From an uncultured Gemmatimonadales bacterium (GTDB lineage: Bacteria > Gemmatimonadota > Gemmatimonadetes > Gemmatimonadales > GWC2-71-9): a stretch of 64,000 bases of DNA. The position numbers and the translations under genes are program-made. Positions 41,170 through 51,060 of this stretch are shown in pieces (position 1 is the stretch's first letter; each line of letters begins with the position of its first letter). The stretch covers positions 1-64,000 of the forward strand of contig CAVSQW010000003.1 in NCBI GenBank assembly GCA_963730185.1, read 5' to 3'. Under the pieces are notes generated by a model. It was not told the DNA's origin and searched no databases. It saw only the letters and a list, made by a program, of their open reading frames with translations.

Positions 41170-41891
41170 TGCAGCCACATCTCCAGCAGATGGTCCAGCC
41201 CTTTCTCGACGGCGCCCGCTCGGCGCTCGGGCCGGGACATTCGGTGGTGCTCTACGGTTCCGCCGCCCGGAACGAGCACGTCGAGGGCTTCTCCGACCTG
41301 AACCTCCTCGTGATCGTCGACGATCTCAGCCCCGGGCGCCTGACCCGGCTCGGCGAGGCGCTCTCGCCCCTCGAAGGCCGGTCGCTGACCCCACCGCTCC
41401 TCTTGACCCGGGCCGAGTGGGACCGGGCGGCCGACGCGTTTCCGGTGGAGATCACCGACATGCAGCTGGCGCACGTCGCCCTCGAAGGGCCCGATCCGGT
41501 GACGGGCCTGGCCATCGATCGGGCGGAGCTCCGGCAGGCGATCGAGCGCGACCTCCGGGGCAAGCTGCTCCGCCTGCGTCAGGGCTATGCCGTTCTGACC
41601 CACCAGCCGGAGGCGCTCGGCGGTCTCGCCGTGCGGAGCGCCGCCACGGTCGGCGTGCTCCTCCGGGTGGCGCTCGCGCTGGCCGGCGGTCCCGCCCCGG
41701 TCCCGACCGCGGAGACCCTCGTCGAAGCGGGCCGCCGAATGCGATTCGACGCCGGCCCCGCGACCACCTATTTCGCGGCTCGGGGCGGCGATCCGCCCCC
41801 AGGCGACGGCGACCTGTTCACGCGGTATCTCGCGGCGGTGGAAATCGCCGTCGGGTTCATCGACCAATTCGACGTCGGAGGGACGCCATGA
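41169..41891 (+). CDS. Nucleotidyltransferase-fold protein
   Basis: VVLYGSAAR..SDLNLLV and DAFPVEITDM. Confidence 0.8.
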   Translation: MQPHLQQMVQPFLDGARSALGPGHSVVLYGSAARNEHVEGFSDLNLLVIVDDLSPGRLTRLGEALSPLEGRSLTPPLLLTRAEWDRAADAFPVEITDMQLAHVALEGPDPVTGLAIDRAELRQAIERDLRGKLLRLRQGYAVLTHQPEALGGLAVRSAATVGVLLRVALALAGGPAPVPTAETLVEAGRRMRFDAGPATTYFAARGGDPPPGDGDLFTRYLAAVEIAVGFIDQFDVGGTP

Positions 41892-42454
41892 GGCCTCGGG
41901 TACGATTCATCGGGCTGGCGCTGTTCGGGGTGCTCCTCGCGAGTGGCTGCGGCTACAACCAGATCCAGGCCAAGGACGAGACCGTCAACAAGGCACTGGG
42001 CGACGTGAAGGCGCAGCTCCAGCGACGAGCCGACCTGATCCCGAATCTGGTGGAGGTCGTGAAGGGCGTGGCCCGGCAGGAGTCGACCGTGTTCATCTCC
42101 GTGGCCAATGCCCGGGCCAAGCTCTCGGGGGCGATCCAGACCGGCACCCCCGCCGAGCTGGCCCAGGCCGACCAGGCGATGAAGCAGCCGCTGGCCCGAC
42201 TCCTGGCCCTGGTGGAGAACTATCCGGAGCTCAAGTCGAACCAGAACTACCTCGACCTCCAGAGCCAGCTCGAGGGAACCGAAAATCGGATCTCGGTCTC
42301 GCGCCAGGACTACAACGACGCGGTCCGGGGCTACAACACCTACATCCGGACCTTTCCTTACAACCTGACCGCGAAGATCTTCGGCGCCTCCAAGCCGCAC
42401 CAATACTTCGAGACCAGTCCCGGCGCCGAGGAGGCGCCCAAGGTCAAATTCTGA
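41888..42454 (+). CDS. lemA: LemA family protein
   Basis: GCGYN, QRRADLIPNLV, ENYPELKS and LEGTENRI. Confidence 0.93.
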   Translation: MRPRVRFIGLALFGVLLASGCGYNQIQAKDETVNKALGDVKAQLQRRADLIPNLVEVVKGVARQESTVFISVANARAKLSGAIQTGTPAELAQADQAMKQPLARLLALVENYPELKSNQNYLDLQSQLEGTENRISVSRQDYNDAVRGYNTYIRTFPYNLTAKIFGASKPHQYFETSPGAEEAPKVKF

Positions 42455-42499
42455 GGAGGGATCGAGCGGGAATGAGCTCGGCGGCGCGCCGGGCTCGGG

Positions 42500-43423
42500 T
42501 CAGTCGGTGACGACCGAGGGCAGGATGTAGCGGAGCGGGTTGACCGGCCGGCCGTTGACGTGCACCTCGTAATGGAGGTGCGGGCCGTCGGCCAGACCGG
42601 TGCTCCCCACCAACGCGATGCGCTGACCACGGGTGACCTTCTGGCCGACCTTGACCAGGAGACGCGAGGCGTGCGCGAAGCGGGTCACGATCCCGTAGCC
42701 GTGGTCGATATCCACCATGTTGCCGTATCCCGTCTCCCACCCGGCGTACACCACCTTCCCGTTGGCGGGCGCCTCGATCGGCGTGCCCTCGGGCGCGGTG
42801 ACGTCGATCCCCTCGTGGGGCCGGCTCTTGTGGAGGATCGGGTGGAACCGCATCGACGAGAAGGCGCTGGTGAGCCAGCCCTGCGTCGGCATGATGGACG
42901 GGGTCGCCTCGAGCCGCTTGTGGTGCGAGGTGAGGCTGTCGGCGGCTTCACGGAACGACTCCGCCAAGAGGTCGGCCCGACGGATCAGCGCGTTGAGGTC
43001 GACTCGGACTTCGCCGGCCCGCTCGACCAGGACGCTGTTGGCCTCCGGGTCGTTGGCTCGGGGCGGCCGAGGCCCGCCGATGCCCACCGCCTGCACCTGC
43101 GGGTCGATCGGCTCGAGGTTGGCGAGGAGCCGGTACTGGGCGTCACGCCGTTCCAGGTGGGCGATGGTGTCGTTGAGAATGCTGAGCCGACCGTGCAGGG
43201 CCGCCAGCTCGGTCGCGAGCCGCTGGTTCTCGCGCTCCACCCGGCTGGCGCGCCCCATGTCGACGGTTTTGGTGATCGTGGCGTAGCCGAGGACCAGGGC
43301 GAGGCCCAGCGCCGCCACCACGAGGCTTCCGACCAGCTTGACCGCGGTGGGCGACACCTCGAGCATCCGGGATGCGGAGGCCCCTTGCGGGACGACGATG
43401 ATGGTCCAACGGCCCTTGGGCAT
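42500..43423 (-). CDS. M23 family metallopeptidase
   Basis: TM + coiled coil, HEGID, GYGN and GPHLHYEV. Confidence 0.92.
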   Translation of the reverse strand: MPKGRWTIIVVPQGASASRMLEVSPTAVKLVGSLVVAALGLALVLGYATITKTVDMGRASRVERENQRLATELAALHGRLSILNDTIAHLERRDAQYRLLANLEPIDPQVQAVGIGGPRPPRANDPEANSVLVERAGEVRVDLNALIRRADLLAESFREAADSLTSHHKRLEATPSIMPTQGWLTSAFSSMRFHPILHKSRPHEGIDVTAPEGTPIEAPANGKVVYAGWETGYGNMVDIDHGYGIVTRFAHASRLLVKVGQKVTRGQRIALVGSTGLADGPHLHYEVHVNGRPVNPLRYILPSVVTD

Positions 43424-43574
43424 GCCTGTCCCGAAACGAGCCTAACGCCCGGTCAAAGGCGTCCGGCTTCCTGGCTGATGTCGAATCGAGTGCCAATTCC
43501 CGCGTCGCGGGCCCCCCGGCACTCCGGCGAAGTCATTCCGGCTCTGAAGGCGTAGCAGCCAGCGTGCCGGGACA

Positions 43575-43603
43575 AGTATGCCCCCCGGTCGGGGGGCTGT
43601 CAA
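43575..43603 (-). promoter_or_regulatory. Sigma70-like promoter of the M23 gene, with palindromic spacer
   Basis: TTGACA-GCCCCCCGACCGGGGGG-CATACT (17-bp spacer). Confidence 0.65.
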
Positions 43604-43652
43604 GCGTTAGGATCTGTGCCTCTAAATTAATACACCGCAACAGCTTATGAGG

Positions 43653-45174
43653 CTACTTCGCGGTCGATTCCGGCTTCGGAAAGAGGATCGCCGGCCGGCT
43701 CGCCCGGACCCCGTCCATCGGGGGGTTCTGCGCCAGACGCAGGGCATCCGCGAGAGCGGTTTCCGGCTGTCCCAGGGCCTGCCAGAGATTGCGCGCCGTG
43801 GCGGGCATGAAGGGGACGATCAGGGCGGTGATCCGAAAGAGGGTCCGGTAGAGCGACGTGAGTGCGGCGTCGAGCTCGGCGTCCCTGCCAGCCTTGGCCA
43901 GGCCCCAGGGGGCGGTTCGCGAGATGTAGAGGTCGGCGGCCCCGACCAGGGCCCAGGCGGCCTCGAGCGCCGCCCTTGAGGTCGAGGGCGTCCATGGCCC
44001 GGCGGTAGGCCGGCAGGTGCCGCTCGAGGGCCTCCTGGTCGAGCGCAGTGGGCTCGCCCGCGGGGATGCGCCCCTCGCGGTAGCGCTCGATCATCGCCAG
44101 CGACCGGGAGGCCAGGTTGCCGAGGCCGTCGGCCAGGTCGGCGAGGTAGCGGGCGTCGTAGCGATCCCAGGTGAAGTCGCCGTCGTTCTCGAAGCCGACC
44201 TCGCGCATCAGGAAATAGCGGAGCGGATCGGGGCCGTAGCGGTCGATGGCGTCGCCCAGATTGACGGCGGTGCCGGCGGTCTTCGACATCTTGGCGCCCT
44301 GCCATTGGACGTAGCCGTGAGCCCAGATCTTCCGCGGGGTGGCGATCCCGGCGCTCAGGCACATGGCCGGCCAGAGCACGCAGTGGAACCGGGTGATTCC
44401 TTTGCCGATGACGTGGAGGTCGGCCGGCCAGAGGCGCTCGTACCCCGGGTCCGGGAAGCCGGTCGCGGAGAGGTAGTTGATCACCGCGTCGAACCAGACG
44501 TAGATCGTGTGGCCGGCGCTCCCGGGGAAGGGAATGCCCCACGGCAAGCGCGAGCGAGAGATGGAGATGTCCTGGAGGCCCGCCTCGAGGAGCCGGAGGA
44601 TCTCGTTCCGCCGGATGGCGGGCTCGACCGCCAGCTCGCCCGAGTCGATCATCCCGCGGATCCGCTCGCCATAGGCGGAGAGCCGGAAGAAGTGGTTCCG
44701 CTCTTTGGTCGGGACCAGGTCGAGCGTGGGGTGCTCGATGCAGTGGCCGTCGACGATCTGGCTCTCGGTCTTGAACTCCTCGCACCCGGTGCAGTAGAGC
44801 CCCTCGTAGTCGGCGAGGTAGACGTCGTCGGGGTGGCTCTTCCGAATCCGTTCCAGGAGCTCCTGGACCGCTCGGGTGTGCCGGGGGTCGGTGGTCCGGA
44901 ACCAGATGTCGTTGCTGCACTCGAGCCGCTCCCAGTAGCCGGCGAACCGGGCCGACATGTCGTCGACCCAGGCCTGAGGCGTGACCCGGAACTGCTCCGG
45001 CATCTGGATCACGCTCTGGGAGTGCTCGTCCATGCCCATCAGGAAATGGACGTCGTCGCCGGCCAGGCGGCGATACCGGGCGATGCAGTCGGCGCCGATC
45101 TTCTCGAGCGCGTGGCCGAGGTGCGGGTCGCCGTTGGAATAGTCGATGGCGGTGGTCAGGTAGTACTTGGCCAC
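43653..45174 (-). CDS. metG: Methionyl-tRNA synthetase (frameshift near 43975)
   Basis: HLGH, CTGCE, YVWFDA and KMSKT. The shifted frame supplies YISRTAPW..PFMP..LFPK, with TAG at 43653. Confidence 0.95.
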
Positions 45175-46355
45175 TAGGTCTCCGGCGTGTCAGGGCCGTC
45201 GCTGCCGCGGGGGCGGCGTTTTCGCCGCCGTCGGGGGCGCCGGCGCCGCCGGCCGCCCTCGCCGGTGGACGCGTCCTCACCGGCGTCGGTGTCGGGGGCG
45301 CCGGTCGGGGCCGGCGTCGTCGTCGGCTCCGTAGCGGCCTGGTCGGCGGTGGGGCGATCGGCGCGGGCTTCCTCCCGGGCGGGGCGATCGGTGCGGCTCT
45401 CCTCCCGAAGGGGTCGCGCGGGACGGTCCTCCCGTCGGCGGCGCGGTCGTTCCCGCTCGGCGGGGCGGGCGGGCGTCGTCTCGGTCGCGGGGTCGGTCGG
45501 TCCCGCGGCGGCGGCCCGCTCCATCTCGTCCTTGAGGTCGACCAGCATCACCACCCGGGGGCCTTCCGCGCCCCGGAGGAAGACCCGTTCCCGAAAGATG
45601 TCCACTGCCACCACCTTCTCGGATCCCTGGAGGGTCCGGATCAGCTTCCCTTCCTTCGGGAACCGCTTCCGGGTGGTGACGTAGAACTCGTGCTCGTACT
45701 TCAGGCAGCAGAGCAGGCGGCCGCACCCGCCGGAGATCTGGGCTGGGTTGAGCGAGAGGTACTGGTCTTTGGCGAGGCTCAGGCTCACGGGGTTGAGCTC
45801 TCGGAGCCAGGTGGAGCAGCAGTACTCCTTGCCGCACCGTCCCACGCCGCCGAGTCGGGCCGCTTCGTCGCGGACGCCGATCTGGCGGAGCTCGATCCGA
45901 GTCTTGAAGGTCGAAGCCAGGTCGCGGACCAGGTTCCGGAAGTCGACCCGCTTCTCGGCCGTGAAGTAGAACGTCAGCTTCTTCTGGTCCCACTGCCACT
46001 CGGCGTCGCTGACCTTCATGTCGAGCTGGTGGTGCTTGACCCGCTCGATCGCACGGCGCCGGGTCTCTTCTTCGGAGCGCCGGAGGTCGTTGGCGGTTCG
46101 GATCTCGTCCTGGGAGGCGAGCCGGACCACCCGCCGGGGATCGGTCGGGGCTCCGCCCGGCGCCGCCGAGCAGCCGCAGCCGGCGGCGCACTTGGTGGCC
46201 GCCCGCTCACCGGTGACGCTGACCCGGCCGAAATCCTGGCCGCGCTCCGCCTCGACGATCACGGGATCGTTGAGGCGAAGCCGCTCGGTCTCGTCCGACC
46301 AGACGAAGTAATCCTTGCGGTTGCCCTTGAAGCGGACTTCGACGGTAGTGGCCAT
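45174..46355 (-). CDS. ricT: PSP1/RicT (YaaT) Fe-S regulatory protein with Arg-rich tail
   Basis: RVDFRNLV, RIELRQIGVRDEA, GRCGKEYCCS and ISGGCGRLLCCLKYE. Confidence 0.9.
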   Translation of the reverse strand: MATTVEVRFKGNRKDYFVWSDETERLRLNDPVIVEAERGQDFGRVSVTGERAATKCAAGCGCSAAPGGAPTDPRRVVRLASQDEIRTANDLRRSEEETRRRAIERVKHHQLDMKVSDAEWQWDQKKLTFYFTAEKRVDFRNLVRDLASTFKTRIELRQIGVRDEAARLGGVGRCGKEYCCSTWLRELNPVSLSLAKDQYLSLNPAQISGGCGRLLCCLKYEHEFYVTTRKRFPKEGKLIRTLQGSEKVVAVDIFRERVFLRGAEGPRVVMLVDLKDEMERAAAAGPTDPATETTPARPAERERPRRRREDRPARPLREESRTDRPAREEARADRPTADQAATEPTTTPAPTGAPDTDAGEDASTGEGGRRRRRPRRRRKRRPRGSDGPDTPET

Positions 46356-47314
46356 CAGGCTTCGGCGAAGACTCCCATGGCGGCGAACTTGTCGGCCCGT
46401 CGCTTGAGGAGCTTGTCGGCCCGGGTGCGACGGAGCTCGGCGGTGTGCCGGGCCAGCGCCTCGCGCAGGGCTTCCCCGGCGGCGTCGGGATCCTGGTGGG
46501 CGCCGCCCAGCGGCTCGGGGATGATCTCGTCGATGACCTTGAAGCCGAGCAGGTCGTTGGCGGTGACTTTGAGCGCCTCCGCGGCGCGCTCCCGCTGGGT
46601 GGCGTCTTTCCAGAGGATGGCCGCGCACCCCTCGGGCGAGATCACCGAGTAGACCGAGTTCTCGAGCATCAGGACCCGGTCGGCCACGCCGAGCGCGAGG
46701 GCTCCGCCGGAGCCGCCCTCGCCGATCACGCAGGCCACGATCGGGGTCGGGAGCGACGCCATCTCGAGGATGTTGGTGGCCAGCGCTTCCGCCTGACCCC
46801 GCTCCTCGGCGCCGATCCCGGGGTAGGCGCCCGGGGTGTCGATCAGGGTCACGACCGGGGCGCCGAATCGGGCGGCCAGCTTCATCAGCCGGAGGGCCTT
46901 GCGGTAACCCTCGGGGTGGGGCATCCCGAAGTTGCGCTTGATGTTCTCGCGGGTGTCGCGGCCCTTCTGGTGGCCGATGACCATCACCGACTGGCCGGCC
47001 AGGCGGGCCCAGCCGCCGACGATCGCGAGATCGTCGCGGTAAAGGCGGTCGCCGTGGAGCTCGATGAAGTCGGTGAAGACCGAGCCGAGATAGTCGAGAG
47101 TGTAAGGCCGCTTGGGATGACGCGCCACGCTTACCCGCTGCATCGGGGTGAGGTCGCCGTAGATCTGCTGGCGGAGGGCGTCCAGCTTGCCGTGCAGGGT
47201 GCCGAGCTCCTGGGCGACGTCGATCTCCCGTTCCTCGCCCATGCGCTTGAGCTCCTCGATCTGGCGCTCCAGCTCGAGGAGAGGCTTTTCGAATTCCAGG
47301 GTGTAGATCGCCAT
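46355..47314 (-). CDS. accA: Acetyl-CoA carboxylase carboxyltransferase alpha
   Basis: LEFEKP, ELHGDR, PEGYRKA and IGEGGSGGAL. Confidence 0.97.
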   Translation of the reverse strand: MAIYTLEFEKPLLELERQIEELKRMGEEREIDVAQELGTLHGKLDALRQQIYGDLTPMQRVSVARHPKRPYTLDYLGSVFTDFIELHGDRLYRDDLAIVGGWARLAGQSVMVIGHQKGRDTRENIKRNFGMPHPEGYRKALRLMKLAARFGAPVVTLIDTPGAYPGIGAEERGQAEALATNILEMASLPTPIVACVIGEGGSGGALALGVADRVLMLENSVYSVISPEGCAAILWKDATQRERAAEALKVTANDLLGFKVIDEIIPEPLGGAHQDPDAAGEALREALARHTAELRRTRADKLLKRRADKFAAMGVFAEA

Positions 47315-47319
47315 TCAGG

Positions 47320-50300
47320 TCATCCCGCCTTGACGAGTCGCACGGCGTCGGGGCCCAGCAGGCTCCGGAGGGCGTGCACGACTTCTTCGTTCGGCGTGAT
47401 CCGGAGCCGGCGCGACCGGAGCCGCACCGAGTCGCCGTTGCCGTCGGACCACTCAATATAGACCGGGGCCGGCCCCGGATGGCCGGTGCAGATCGAGGCC
47501 ACCGCCTGAAGGTCGCCGGGCGGCGGCGCTTGGGCACAGGCCCAGCGGAGCGCCAGCGCCACCGCGCCCGAGGCCCGGAACTGGTCGAGCGGGCGGACCG
47601 ACTCCACGATGAACGGCGCCCGGTCCTCGCCCCGGTCCCGCTGGCTGTATCCCCCGGTCAGGAGGAGGCAGGCGTCTTCCGTGATCGCCTGGTTGAGCTG
47701 GGCCCAGCTTTCCGGAAAGACGATCGCCTCGGCCGTGCCGTGGAAGTCTTCCAGCACGAGCCGGGCGTACTCCTTGCCGGTCTTCTTCGAGATCTGCCGC
47801 CGGATGGCGGTCACCACGGCCCCGATCGTCACCGGCTGCTCGCTCCACTGGCCCAGCGTGGCCGTGGTCCGGGTGCCGAAGAGCTCCACCTCGCTCCGGA
47901 ACCGGGCCAGCGGGTGTCCGGAGATGAAGAAGCCGATCAGCTCTTTCTCGCGGGCCAGCCGCTCGGCCTCCGACCACTGGGGCACGTCGGGCAGACCCGG
48001 CGGCTCGGGCTGGGCGTCGGCCGGGGCTTCCCCGAAGAGCGACCCCTGGCCCGCCTCCCGTTCCTGATGGAGAAGTTGCGCCTCCGCGAGCACGCTGTCG
48101 AGGGCCGCCATCTGCTGGCTCCGGTGCCCCTCGAGCGAATCGCAGGCGCCGGCCGCCACCAGCGATTCGACCACCCGCTTGTTGACGAGCCGGAGGTCGA
48201 TCCGGTCCGCCAGGCCGTTCAGGGTCTCGAAGCGAGCGTCCGCCCGGCCCGCGATGATCGAGTCGATGGCGCCCCGGCCGACGTTCCGAACGGCCCCCAG
48301 CCCGAAGCGGATCCGCTTCTCGCCCACGACGGTGAACTTGAAGCCCGACTCGTTGACGTCGGGCGGCAGCACCTCGAGGCCGAGGTCGCGGGCCTCGTTG
48401 ATGTACTGGACCACCTTGTCGGTGTCGCCGATTTCCGAGGAGAGGAGCGCCGCCATGAATTCGGCCGGATAGTGCGCCTTGAGCCAGGCGGTCTGGTAGG
48501 CCAGGACCGAGTAGGCCACCGAGTGCGACTTGTTGAAGCCGTAGCGCCCGAAGGTCTCGATCTGGCCGGCCAGGTCCTCCATCAGCCGGCGCGGGTGTCC
48601 GAGGGCCAGGCCCCGCTCCACGAACTTACCCAGCTCCTTCTTGATCAGCTCCGCGTCCTTCTTGCCCACCGCCTTCCGGAGCACGTCGGCTTCGGCCAGG
48701 CTGAACCCGGCCAGGATGTTGGCGATCCGCATCACCTGTTCCTGGTAGGTGATGACGCCGTAGGTCGGCTCGAGGGTCTCTTTGAGGAGCGGGTGCGGGT
48801 AGGTCACCGCCTCCTGGCCCAGCTTCCGCTTGATGAACACCAGGTGCATGCCGGTGTCGAGCGGGCCGGGGCGGAGGAGCGCGTTCGAGGCGACCAGGTC
48901 GTCGAACCGGTCGCAGCGCATCTGGCGGAGCGTCTCGGTCGCGAGGGCGGACTCGAACTGGAACACTCCCGCCGTCCGGCCCCGGCGAAGCAGGGCGTAG
49001 ACCTCGGGATCGTCGAACGAGAGGGTGCTCATGTCGAGGGTCACGCCGTGGCGCTCCTGCACCATCGTGACCGCGTCATGGATCACCGTGAGCGTCTTGA
49101 GCCCGAGGAGATCCATCTTGAGCATGCCGACCTTCTCGAGCGCGACCATGTCGTACTGGGTGATGATCGCGTTTTCGCCGTCGGCGGTCTGGCCGGCGCC
49201 CTTGGTCGGCGCGGTGCAGACCGGGACGTAGTCCGGCAGCGGTCCCGGGGCGATGACCACGCCGGCCGCGTGGACCGACAGGTGCCGGGAGATCCCCTCG
49301 ATCCGGGCCGCCAGGCTCGCCATCCGCTCGTAGACCGGGGAGGTCCGGACCAGCTCGCCGAGCTCGGGCACCTTCTTCACGGCGTCGGCCACCGGCAGGC
49401 TGTAGCCGGGCCCCGACGGGATGAGTTTGGTGATCCGATCGGCTTCGCCGGGTGGAATCTTGAGCACCCGGGCCACGTCCTTCACGGCGGCCCGGGCCTT
49501 CATCGTCCCGAAGGTGACGATCTGCCCCACGCTATCGCGGCCGTACCGCTCCCGGACGTACTCGATGACCTCGCCTCGGCGCTCGAAGCAGAAGTCCACG
49601 TCGATGTCGGGCATCGACACCCGCTCGGGATTGAGGAATCGCTCGAAGAGGAGGTCGAACCGGAGCGGGTCGACGTCGGTGATCCGGAGCGCGTAGGCCA
49701 CCAGGCTCCCGGCGGCCGAGCCGCGGCCCGGCCCGACCGGGATGCCGCGCTCGCGGGCGGCGTTGATGAAGTCCTGGACGATCAGGAAGTATCCGGCGTA
49801 GCCCGCCGTGGTGATGACCGAGAGCTCGTAGGCGAGCCGCTCCTGCACCGGGTCCGGCAGCGGGCTCCCGTATCGCTGCGCGGCGCCCCGGGTGGCCAGG
49901 TCGGTGAGGTAGGCGTCTTCGTCCGGGTATTCGGCCGGCCGCGGGAAGCTCGGCACGAAGTAGCGCTTTTCGAAGTCGAACTCGCAGAGGTCGGCGACCT
50001 TGACCGTGTTGTCGACCGCGTCGGGGTAGGCCGAGAAGAGCTCGCGCATCTCGGCTTCGGTCTTGACGTACGACTCTTCGCCCGTGAACCGGAACCGCTT
50101 GGGGTCGTCGAGGTCGGCGCCGGTCCCGATCGCCAGGAGCACGTCGTGCGCCTCGGCGTCGGACCGCTTCAGGTAGTGGGCGTCGTTGGTGGCCACCACC
50201 GGGAGGCCCAGGTCGTGCGAGAGCCGGATCATCCCGTCGAGGACCACTCGCTCCTCGGGGATCCCGTGGTCCTGGATCTCGAGCCAGAAGCCGTCGGGGC

Positions 50301-50802
50301 CGAAGGTCCGGGCGAACCATTCCGCCGACTGTTTCGCCTCGTCGTAGCGCTCCTGCCGGATCGCGTGGGCCACTTCGCCCGACATGCAGGCCGCCAGGCA
50401 CACGATCCCCTCGGCGTGCTGGGCCAGGACTTCCTTGTCGATCCGGGGACGGCGGTAGAACCCCTCCGTGAAGCCGATCGAGCTCAGCCGGATCAGGTTC
50501 TGGTAGCCGACCTTGTTGCGGGCCAGCAGGACCAGGTGGCTATAGTGGGCCGGGGCGTCGGCCGGCTTCTGGTTGCTGCGGCGATCGCCGTAGGCGAGAT
50601 AGGCCTCGAAGCCGAGAATCGGTCGGAGTTGCCGGGCTTTGGCGGCCGCGTGGAAGTGCCAGGCGGCGTGGAGATTGCCGTGGTCGGTCACCGCGAGGCT
50701 GTCCATCCCGAGCTCGAGCACCCGGCTCACCAACTCGGGAATCCGGTTGGCGCCGTCGAGGAGGGAGTACTCGCTGTGGGTATGGAGGTGGACGAATCCC
50801 AT
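47320..50802 (-). CDS. dnaE: DNA polymerase III alpha subunit
   Basis: FVHLHTHSEYSLLDG, GRGSAAGS, MPDIDVDF and YGFNKSH. Confidence 0.97.
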   Translation of the reverse strand: MGFVHLHTHSEYSLLDGANRIPELVSRVLELGMDSLAVTDHGNLHAAWHFHAAAKARQLRPILGFEAYLAYGDRRSNQKPADAPAHYSHLVLLARNKVGYQNLIRLSSIGFTEGFYRRPRIDKEVLAQHAEGIVCLAACMSGEVAHAIRQERYDEAKQSAEWFARTFGPDGFWLEIQDHGIPEERVVLDGMIRLSHDLGLPVVATNDAHYLKRSDAEAHDVLLAIGTGADLDDPKRFRFTGEESYVKTEAEMRELFSAYPDAVDNTVKVADLCEFDFEKRYFVPSFPRPAEYPDEDAYLTDLATRGAAQRYGSPLPDPVQERLAYELSVITTAGYAGYFLIVQDFINAARERGIPVGPGRGSAAGSLVAYALRITDVDPLRFDLLFERFLNPERVSMPDIDVDFCFERRGEVIEYVRERYGRDSVGQIVTFGTMKARAAVKDVARVLKIPPGEADRITKLIPSGPGYSLPVADAVKKVPELGELVRTSPVYERMASLAARIEGISRHLSVHAAGVVIAPGPLPDYVPVCTAPTKGAGQTADGENAIITQYDMVALEKVGMLKMDLLGLKTLTVIHDAVTMVQERHGVTLDMSTLSFDDPEVYALLRRGRTAGVFQFESALATETLRQMRCDRFDDLVASNALLRPGPLDTGMHLVFIKRKLGQEAVTYPHPLLKETLEPTYGVITYQEQVMRIANILAGFSLAEADVLRKAVGKKDAELIKKELGKFVERGLALGHPRRLMEDLAGQIETFGRYGFNKSHSVAYSVLAYQTAWLKAHYPAEFMAALLSSEIGDTDKVVQYINEARDLGLEVLPPDVNESGFKFTVVGEKRIRFGLGAVRNVGRGAIDSIIAGRADARFETLNGLADRIDLRLVNKRVVESLVAAGACDSLEGHRSQQMAALDSVLAEAQLLHQEREAGQGSLFGEAPADAQPEPPGLPDVPQWSEAERLAREKELIGFFISGHPLARFRSEVELFGTRTTATLGQWSEQPVTIGAVVTAIRRQISKKTGKEYARLVLEDFHGTAEAIVFPESWAQLNQAITEDACLLLTGGYSQRDRGEDRAPFIVESVRPLDQFRASGAVALALRWACAQAPPPGDLQAVASICTGHPGPAPVYIEWSDGNGDSVRLRSRRLRITPNEEVVHALRSLLGPDAVRLVKAG

Positions 50803-51060
50803 GCGGGTATCACGGCGCGGGCGGCCAGCGGGCCACTCGCGACTGGCTATTCACCGTCGGCATGGTCCGGCTCCGGGCGCGGAACCGGTCGGGGGACGGT
50901 AACGTTCGGGTGTCCCGGAACGAGGGCGCTCCCGGACGGCGGCTGACCAGCCGATATTACCGTCATGGGCCCTCGGGTCGCACGAGGAAGCTAACGTCGC
51001 TCCGAAGATGTTGTCAAAGTCGTTGCAACGGGCAGGCTTGCACTTCACTGGAGGAACGGG

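Noticed and set aside
43960..43990. metG pseudogene
   Set aside because: It is an essential gene. A single extra G in a G-run explains the shift, and the downstream frame is intact.
47374..50946. 1190-aa plus-strand ORF and other long antisense ORFs (e.g. 57054-59789, 59790-62426, 24670-26745)
   Set aside because: These are shadows of real genes on the opposite strand in high-GC DNA, with no motifs of their own.
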